Shown one piece after another: positions 56,920-64,000 of a stretch of 64,000 bases of DNA (the first letter of the stretch is position 1; each line of letters starts with the position of its first letter). Origin of the DNA: Escherichia coli (GTDB taxonomy: Bacteria; Pseudomonadota; Gammaproteobacteria; Enterobacterales; Enterobacteriaceae). A program made the position numbers and the translations under genes. Under the pieces are notes generated by a model that was not told the DNA's origin, did not search any database, and saw only the letters and a program-made list of their open reading frames with translations. The stretch is from assembly GCF_036507355.1 (NCBI RefSeq), contig NZ_AP027877.1; one strand, written 5' to 3'.

Positions 56920-56994
56920 TGGGGTATCGCCAAGCGGTAAGGCACCGGATTCTGATTCCGGCATTCCGAGGTTCGAATCCTCGTACCCCAGCCA
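56920..56994 (+). tRNA. glnV: tRNA-Gln (anticodon CUG; wild-type, not the supE amber-suppressor allele)
   Basis: tggggtatcgccaagcggtaaggcaccggattctgattccggcattccgaggttcgaatcctcgtaccccagcca; anticodon loop ttCTGat. Confidence 0.93.
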
Positions 56995-57031
56995 ATTTAT
57001 TCAAGACGCTTACCTTGTAAGTGCACCCAGT

Positions 57032-57106
57032 TGGGGTATCGCCAAGCGGTAAGGCACCGGATTCTGATTCCGGCATTCCGAGGTTCGAATCCTCGTACCC
57101 CAGCCA
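57032..57106 (+). tRNA. glnX: tRNA-Gln (anticodon CUG), second copy
   Basis: Identical to the glnV sequence. Confidence 0.93.
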
Positions 57107-57113
57107 CATTAAA

Positions 57114-57146
57114 AAAGCTCGCTTCGGCGAGCTTTTTGCTTTTCTG
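57114..57146 (+). terminator. Rho-independent terminator of the tRNA operon
   Basis: aagctcgc-ttcg-gcgagctt stem followed by tttttgcttttct. Confidence 0.75.
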
Positions 57147-57189
57147 CGTTCATTCAATGTCGAATGCGATGTTGACACGTCTTATCCTT

Positions 57190-57250
57190 CAATGTCGGAT
57201 GCGACGCTGCCGCGTCTTATCCGACCTACGGTTGGCACGCATCCGGCAAT
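57190..57250. repeat. REP-like palindromic units between the tRNA operon and ubiF
   Basis: atgtcggatgcgacgctgccgcgtcttatccgacctac and ggcacgcatccggca. Confidence 0.5.
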
Positions 57251-57259
57251 GTTGTAAGG

Positions 57260-58435
57260 CTACAACCCTAACGCATATTTCAGCGCCTGACGTTTCAACA
57301 CGCCAGCACGCTCCGCCGCCATCAAACCAAGATTACGCACAAAACGCAGCGGCGGCAGATTATTACTGAATCCGGCATAAAACAGATCCATACCGCTCTG
57401 CATAATGAAGTTATCCGCCATGCGCCGCATCTGGTAGCGCTTGAGGACAGGATAACTGGCCCACGCTTCGCCGTAGCTGCGGGCATTCACCAGAACATCA
57501 ATCAGGGCATCGACATCACGATAACCAAGATTCACCCCCTGCCCCGCCAGCGGATGGATGGTATGCGCGGCATCGCCCACCAGCGCAAGCCCTGGCTGCA
57601 CATACTGCAACGCATGGCGACGCGTCAGCGGAAACGCACCAGCGGCAAGCGGTGTAACGTAACCCAGACGCGACGGGAAATGCTTCGCGATTTCCGCCTG
57701 TAACTGCGCCATGTTCATATTCTGCAACTGGCGAATACGCGCCGGAGAGTCATACCACACCAGCGATGCCCAGTTATCAAACAACGGCAGAAACGCACGC
57801 GGTCCGTCCGGAGTAAATTGCTGCCAGGTGCTATCGCCGGGATCGTTCTCGCACTGGACGCTAATCAACATGCACGACTGCGCATACTGCCATGCATGAA
57901 CGCCAATTCCCGCCATCTGCCGCACCTGCGAATTTGCGCCGTCGGCACCAATCACCAGCTTCGCGCGAATCACTTCACCGCCTTTCAGCTCCAGCTCCTG
58001 AAGATCATTATCTCGATGTAATGCAATCAGCGAGGTTGGCACACGTAACGTTACTTTCGGATGCGCTTCCAGCGCCTGCCACAATGCCTGTTGCAGGACA
58101 GTGTTTTCTACCATATAGCCAAGCAACGGCAACTTTAATTCGGCTGCGTCAAATACCACATGCGCCGTTTCCCACTCCCACGTTTCCAGTCTGCGGTAAG
58201 GATGGCAACGCATAGCCTGTACTGCATCCCAGACCCCTAACCCTTTAAGCAATGATACCGAAGCCGCGCTGATCGCCGAGATCCGCACGTCCGGTTGGCT
58301 ATCAGCGACAAACGGTGCAGGTTCTGCGTGCTCGATCACCGTTACCGTAAATCCGTGCTGTGCCAGCCCCAGCGCCAGTGCGCCGCCGACCATTCCTCCG
58401 CCGACAATGGCAATTTCCGTTGGTTGATTTGTCAT
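57260..58435 (-). CDS. ubiF: 3-demethoxyubiquinol 3-hydroxylase (FAD-dependent monooxygenase)
   Basis: Start placed at MTNQPTEIAIVGGGMVGGALALGLAQHGF (391 aa; the track ORF begins two codons earlier at MTMTNQ); Rossmann GxGxxG motif. Confidence 0.93.
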   Translation of the reverse strand: MTNQPTEIAIVGGGMVGGALALGLAQHGFTVTVIEHAEPAPFVADSQPDVRISAISAASVSLLKGLGVWDAVQAMRCHPYRRLETWEWETAHVVFDAAELKLPLLGYMVENTVLQQALWQALEAHPKVTLRVPTSLIALHRDNDLQELELKGGEVIRAKLVIGADGANSQVRQMAGIGVHAWQYAQSCMLISVQCENDPGDSTWQQFTPDGPRAFLPLFDNWASLVWYDSPARIRQLQNMNMAQLQAEIAKHFPSRLGYVTPLAAGAFPLTRRHALQYVQPGLALVGDAAHTIHPLAGQGVNLGYRDVDALIDVLVNARSYGEAWASYPVLKRYQMRRMADNFIMQSGMDLFYAGFSNNLPPLRFVRNLGLMAAERAGVLKRQALKYALGL

Positions 58436-58580
58436 GGTCAATCATCCTGTTAGCAATATGCTTTAAGTTTACAGGATTTTTACCCCCAAGGGCTGATAAC
58501 GCTCATACTGGTCACAACGGCAGCAAAGCATTACACTATGCGCCCTGCATTCCTGGCTACTATTTCGCAAGAGCAAGTCG

Positions 58581-60005
58581 ATGACCAAAAAACTCCATAT
58601 TAAAACCTGGGGCTGTCAGATGAACGAGTACGATTCATCGAAGATGGCCGATCTGCTGGATGCCACCCACGGCTATCAACTGACCGACGTGGCGGAAGAA
58701 GCGGATGTGCTGCTGCTGAACACCTGCTCAATCCGCGAGAAGGCTCAGGAAAAAGTCTTCCATCAGTTGGGTCGCTGGAAACTGTTAAAAGAGAAGAATC
58801 CAGACCTGATTATCGGCGTCGGTGGCTGCGTGGCATCGCAAGAAGGCGAGCACATTCGCCAGCGCGCCCACTATGTCGATATTATTTTTGGGCCGCAAAC
58901 GCTGCACCGTCTGCCGGAGATGATCAACTCCGTGCGCGGCGACCGCAGCCCGGTTGTAGATATCAGCTTCCCGGAAATCGAGAAGTTTGACCGTCTACCG
59001 GAACCGCGCGCCGAAGGGCCGACCGCGTTTGTCTCCATCATGGAAGGCTGCAATAAATATTGCACCTACTGCGTGGTGCCTTACACCCGTGGTGAAGAGG
59101 TAAGCCGTCCGTCTGACGATATTCTGTTTGAGATTGCCCAGCTTGCGGCTCAGGGCGTGCGTGAAGTCAACCTGCTCGGTCAGAACGTGAACGCCTGGCG
59201 TGGTGAAAACTACGACGGCACCACCGGATCGTTTGCCGATCTGTTGCGTCTGGTTGCTGCGATCGACGGGATCGATCGTATTCGCTTTACCACCAGCCAT
59301 CCGATCGAATTCACCGACGATATCATCGAAGTGTATCGCGACACGCCGGAGCTGGTGAGCTTCCTGCACCTGCCGGTACAGAGCGGTTCCGATCGTATTC
59401 TGAACCTGATGGGACGTACCCATACGGCGCTGGAGTACAAAGCGATCATCCGTAAACTGCGTGCGGCGCGTCCGGATATTCAGATCAGTTCTGACTTCAT
59501 CGTTGGCTTCCCTGGCGAAACCACCGAAGACTTCGAGAAAACGATGAAGCTGATTGCCGACGTCAATTTCGACATGAGCTACAGCTTTATCTTCTCTGCA
59601 CGTCCAGGAACGCCTGCCGCTGATATGGTTGATGATGTTCCGGAAGAAGAGAAGAAGCAGCGTCTGTATATTCTGCAAGAACGTATCAATCAGCAAGCGA
59701 TGGCATGGAGCCGTCGGATGCTCGGCACCACCCAGCGTATTCTGGTAGAAGGGACTTCACGTAAGAGCATCATGGAGCTTTCCGGGCGTACCGAAAATAA
59801 TCGTGTGGTCAACTTCGAGGGCACACCGGATATGATCGGTAAATTCGTCGATGTAGAAATTACCGACGTCTACCCGAACTCTCTGCGCGGTAAAGTGGTG
59901 CGAACTGAAGATGAAATGGGTCTGCGCGTGGCAGAAACACCGGAATCGGTGATTGCCCGTACTCGCAAAGAAAACGACCTTGGTGTGGGTTATTATCAGC
60001 CGTAA
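58581..60005 (+). CDS. miaB: tRNA-2-methylthio-N6-dimethylallyladenosine synthase (radical SAM methylthiotransferase)
   Basis: 474-aa [61 protein letters not shown]... with CxxxCxxC radical-SAM motif (CNKYCTYC). Confidence 0.96.
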
Positions 60006-60157
60006 TTCTCAGGCCCGCCGTTCCGGTGGGCCTTGTTTTTTCTCTCTTTATCCCCATCTTTATCGCAATGCTTGCGCCTTTTTCCTGTGGCGTGAATAAT
60101 TTCCTTATAGGCCGGTGAATGTTCAGCTTCCGGCGGCATACAGATAAGAGGAACGGT

Positions 60158-61198
60158 TTGAACATAGACACTCGCGAAATCACCCTGGAGCCAGCAGACA
60201 ATGCGCGTCTGTTGAGCCTGTGCGGCCCGTTTGATGACAACATCAAGCAGCTCGAACGCCGTCTCGGCATCGAGATCAATCGCCGCGATAACCACTTTAA
60301 ACTGACCGGCCGTCCGATTTGCGTCACCGCTGCGGCAGACATTCTGCGTAGCCTGTATGTCGATACTGCCCCGATGCGCGGTCAGATTCAGGATATCGAA
60401 CCGGAACAGATCCACCTTGCGATTAAAGAAGCGCGGGTATTGGAGCAAAGTGCGGAGAGCGTGCCGGAGTACGGCAAAGCGGTCAATATCAAAACCAAAC
60501 GCGGCGTAATTAAGCCGCGCACGCCAAACCAGGCGCAGTACATCGCCAATATTCTCGACCATGACATTACCTTCGGCGTTGGCCCGGCGGGTACGGGTAA
60601 AACCTACCTGGCAGTGGCTGCAGCAGTTGATGCCCTGGAGCGTCAGGAAATTCGCCGTATTCTGCTGACTCGTCCGGCGGTCGAAGCCGGTGAGAAACTG
60701 GGCTTCCTGCCTGGCGATTTAAGCCAGAAAGTAGCCCCGTATCTGCGCCCACTGTACGACGCGCTGTTTGAAATGCTGGGCTTTGAGAAAGTCGAGAAAC
60801 TGATTGAGCGCAACGTTATTGAAGTCGCGCCGCTGGCCTATATGCGTGGTCGTACGCTGAATGACGCCTTTATCATTCTCGATGAGAGCCAGAACACCAC
60901 CATCGAACAGATGAAGATGTTCCTGACCCGTATCGGTTTTAACTCAAAAGCGGTTATCACCGGCGACGTCACACAGATCGACCTGCCGCGTAATACTAAA
61001 TCAGGCTTACGTCATGCCATCGACGTGCTGGCCGATGTCGAAGAGATCAGCTTTAACTTCTTCCACAGCGAAGACGTGGTTCGTCACCCGGTGGTGGCGC
61101 GTATCGTTAACGCCTATGAAGCCTGGGAAGAAGCCGAACAAAAACGTAAAGCGGCGCTGGCGGCAGAACGCAAGCGCGAAGAACAGGAACAAAAATGA
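60158..61198 (+). CDS. ybeZ: PhoH-like ATPase
   Basis: Track ORF 60119..61198 (359 aa from ATG). Start chosen at the in-frame TTG at 60158 giving (M)[23 protein letters not shown]... of 346 aa, my recollection of the annotated protein; the ATG at 60119 is the alternative. Walker A GPAGTGKT present. Confidence 0.88.
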
Positions 61199-61662
61199 GT
61201 CAGGTGATCCTCGATTTACAACTGGCATGTGAAGATAACTCCGGATTGCCGGAAGAGAGCCAGTTTCAAACATGGCTGAATGCGGTGATCCCGCAGTTTC
61301 AGGAAGAGTCGGAAGTGACGATTCGCGTGGTCGATACCGCCGAAAGCCACAGTCTCAATCTGACCTATCGCGGTAAGGATAAGCCAACCAACGTGCTCTC
61401 CTTCCCGTTTGAAGTGCCGCCCGGCATGGAGATGTCGCTACTGGGCGATCTGGTTATCTGCCGTCAGGTGGTTGAGAAGGAAGCACAGGAGCAAGGCAAA
61501 CCACTGGAGGCGCACTGGGCGCATATGGTGGTGCACGGCAGTCTGCATTTGTTAGGTTACGATCACATCGAAGATGACGAAGCAGAAGAAATGGAAGCCC
61601 TCGAAACAGAGATTATGCTTGCTCTGGGCTATGAGGATCCGTACATTGCCGAGAAAGAATAA
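61195..61662 (+). CDS. ybeY: Endoribonuclease YbeY (rRNA maturation factor)
   Basis: 155-aa [58 protein letters not shown]... with HxxxH..H zinc motif ([11 protein letters not shown]); start overlaps the ybeZ stop. Confidence 0.95.
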
Positions 61663-61751
61663 TTTGCCAGGCATTTGACTGGCAGACGTCCCCGCCGTTG
61701 GTGATTAACGACGGCGTTTTGATTAACTAACATGAGAACCCATACGACGCC

Positions 61752-62630
61752 ATGAGCGACGACAATTCACACAGTAGTGACACGATAAGCAACAAGAAGG
61801 GATTTTTCTCCCTGTTACTCAGCCAACTTTTCCACGGTGAACCGAAAAACCGTGACGAACTGCTGGCGCTGATCCGTGATTCCGGGCAGAACGACCTTAT
61901 CGACGAAGATACGCGCGATATGCTCGAAGGGGTGATGGACATCGCAGACCAACGCGTCCGCGACATCATGATCCCCCGCTCCCAGATGATTACCCTGAAA
62001 CGCAACCAGACGCTGGACGAATGCCTTGATGTCATCATCGAGTCCGCCCACTCACGTTTCCCGGTGATTAGCGAAGACAAAGATCACATTGAAGGGATTC
62101 TGATGGCGAAAGACTTGCTGCCGTTTATGCGCAGCGATGCTGAAGCCTTCAGCATGGACAAAGTGTTACGTCAGGCGGTTGTCGTTCCTGAAAGTAAGCG
62201 CGTAGACCGAATGCTGAAAGAGTTTCGCTCTCAGCGTTACCACATGGCGATCGTCATTGACGAATTCGGTGGGGTTTCCGGTCTGGTGACCATTGAAGAC
62301 ATCCTGGAACTGATTGTTGGTGAGATTGAAGACGAGTATGACGAAGAAGATGATATCGACTTCCGTCAGCTGAGTCGTCATACCTGGACCGTGCGCGCAC
62401 TGGCTTCCATTGAAGACTTCAACGAAGCGTTCGGCACCCACTTTAGCGATGAAGAAGTCGACACTATCGGTGGTCTGGTGATGCAGGCATTCGGGCATCT
62501 TCCAGCGCGTGGTGAAACCATCGACATCGACGGTTACCAGTTCAAAGTGGCGATGGCTGACAGTCGGCGTATTATTCAGGTTCATGTCAAAATCCCGGAT
62601 GACTCACCCCAGCCGAAGCTGGATGAATAA
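61752..62630 (+). CDS. corC: CBS-domain Mg2+/Co2+ efflux-associated protein CorC
   Basis: 292-aa [82 protein letters not shown]... Confidence 0.93.
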   Translation: MSDDNSHSSDTISNKKGFFSLLLSQLFHGEPKNRDELLALIRDSGQNDLIDEDTRDMLEGVMDIADQRVRDIMIPRSQMITLKRNQTLDECLDVIIESAHSRFPVISEDKDHIEGILMAKDLLPFMRSDAEAFSMDKVLRQAVVVPESKRVDRMLKEFRSQRYHMAIVIDEFGGVSGLVTIEDILELIVGEIEDEYDEEDDIDFRQLSRHTWTVRALASIEDFNEAFGTHFSDEEVDTIGGLVMQAFGHLPARGETIDIDGYQFKVAMADSRRIIQVHVKIPDDSPQPKLDE

Positions 62631-62654
62631 AACCGAAACTGGATAGATAACTAC

Positions 62655-64000
62655 ATGGCTTTTGCCTCATTAATTGAACGCCAGCGCATTCGCCTGCTGC
62701 TGGCGTTATTATTCGGTGCCTGCGGAACGCTGGCCTTCTCTCCTTACGACGTCTGGCCTGCGGCGATTATTTCGCTGATGGGGCTTCAGGCGCTGACCTT
62801 TAATCGCCGTCCACTCCAGTCTGCCGCTATTGGCTTTTGCTGGGGATTTGGCCTCTTTGGCAGCGGTATTAACTGGGTCTATGTCAGCATCGCGACCTTT
62901 GGCGGAATGCCTGGCCCGGTTAACATCTTCCTGGTGGTACTGCTGGCGGCGTATTTGTCGCTGTATACCGGACTGTTTGCTGGCGTGCTGTCGCGCCTGT
63001 GGCCGAAAACCACCTGGCTGCGCGTGGCGATTGCCGCTCCTGCTCTCTGGCAAGTGACCGAGTTTCTGCGCGGTTGGGTACTGACAGGCTTCCCGTGGTT
63101 ACAGTTCGGCTATAGCCAGATTGACGGCCCGTTAAAAGGGCTGGCACCGATAATGGGCGTGGAAGCCATTAACTTCCTGCTGATGATGGTTAGTGGCCTG
63201 CTGGCACTGGCGTTGGTCAAACGCAACTGGCGTCCGCTGGTAGTGGCCGTCGTGCTGTTTGCCCTACCCTTCCCGCTGCGTTACATCCAATGGTTTACCC
63301 CGCAACCGGAGAAAACCATTCAGGTTTCGATGGTTCAGGGCGATATTCCGCAATCGCTGAAATGGGACGAAGGCCAGCTTCTTAATACGCTGAAGATTTA
63401 CTACAACGCAACGGCACCGCTGATGGGCAAATCATCGTTGATTATCTGGCCGGAGTCGGCGATAACCGATCTGGAAATTAATCAGCAACCGTTCCTCAAA
63501 GCACTGGACGGTGAGTTGCGTGATAAAGGGAGTACGCTGGTGACCGGGATTGTTGACGCGCGTCTTAATAAGCAGAACCGTTACGATACCTACAACACCA
63601 TCATCACACTGGGTAAAGGTGCACCGTACAGCTACGAATCAGCCGATCGCTATAACAAAAACCATCTGGTGCCGTTTGGCGAGTTTGTCCCGCTGGAGTC
63701 GATTCTGCGTCCGTTAGCACCGTTCTTTGATCTGCCGATGTCGTCGTTCAGCCGTGGGCCATATATCCAGCCGCCGCTGTCGGCAAATGGTATTGAGCTT
63801 ACTGCGGCTATTTGCTACGAGATCATTCTCGGCGAGCAAGTGCGCGATAACTTCCGCCCGGATACCGACTATCTGCTGACTATCTCCAACGATGCGTGGT
63901 TTGGTAAGTCTATTGGTCCATGGCAGCACTTCCAGATGGCGCGAATGCGTGCGCTGGAGCTGGCGCGCCCACTGTTGCGCAGCACCAACAACGGCATTAC
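62655..64000 (+). CDS. lnt: Apolipoprotein N-acyltransferase, 5' part (gene continues past window end)
   Basis: ATG at 62655 opens [49 protein letters not shown]...; reading frame open to the window end, which is why it is missing from the stop-delimited ORF track. Confidence 0.9.
   Translation, partial: MAFASLIERQRIRLLLALLFGACGTLAFSPYDVWPAAIISLMGLQALTFNRRPLQSAAIGFCWGFGLFGSGINWVYVSIATFGGMPGPVNIFLVVLLAAYLSLYTGLFAGVLSRLWPKTTWLRVAIAAPALWQVTEFLRGWVLTGFPWLQFGYSQIDGPLKGLAPIMGVEAINFLLMMVSGLLALALVKRNWRPLVVAVVLFALPFPLRYIQWFTPQPEKTIQVSMVQGDIPQSLKWDEGQLLNTLKIYYNATAPLMGKSSLIIWPESAITDLEINQQPFLKALDGELRDKGSTLVTGIVDARLNKQNRYDTYNTIITLGKGAPYSYESADRYNKNHLVPFGEFVPLESILRPLAPFFDLPMSSFSRGPYIQPPLSANGIELTAAICYEIILGEQVRDNFRPDTDYLLTISNDAWFGKSIGPWQHFQMARMRALELARPLLRSTNNGI

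Noticed and set aside
56920-56994. Amber-suppressor (supE) allele of glnV that could read through the Rhs TAG
   Set aside because: The anticodon loop reads ttCTGat (CUG), the wild-type glutamine anticodon.

Overview
This window is a contiguous enterobacterial (Escherichia coli-type) chromosome segment equivalent to the K-12 lnt–sucC interval, read in reverse orientation. Gene identities come from reading the supplied translations against protein families I recognise; no database search was run. Core content, in order: sucC (5' part), sucB, sucA, sdhBADC (minus strand), gltA, the cryptic chaperone-usher fimbrial operon ybgD-ybgQ-ybgP-ybgO, abrB, nei, pxpABC-ybgI, dtpD, phr-ybgA, an Rhs locus, ybfA, kdpFABCDE, ybfP, pgm, seqA, ybfF, ybfE, fldA-uof-fur, chiPQ, glnS, nagE / nagBACD, asnB, a seven-tRNA operon (metT-leuW-glnU-glnW-metU-glnV-glnX), ubiF, miaB, ybeZ, ybeY, corC and the start of lnt. 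REP/BIME palindromic repeats sit at many gene junctions. The only clearly accessory segment is about 24.1–29.2 kb, between ybgA and ybfA. It holds an Rhs polymorphic-toxin gene with three unusual properties: the N-terminus looks like a DUF1795 (EagR-type) chaperone domain rather than a PAAR domain; the core is interrupted by a single in-frame TAG; and a low-GC toxin tip is followed by an overlapping candidate immunity gene. A SymE-like small gene lies next to it, and a 0.8 kb AT-rich stretch without ORFs lies upstream. Compared with the K-12 order as I recall it, the speF-potE segment between kdpE and ybfP is absent, and that junction carries an imperfect tandem duplication of the kdpE 3' end plus REP units. 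No CRISPR array, prophage, integrase or IS element was seen.
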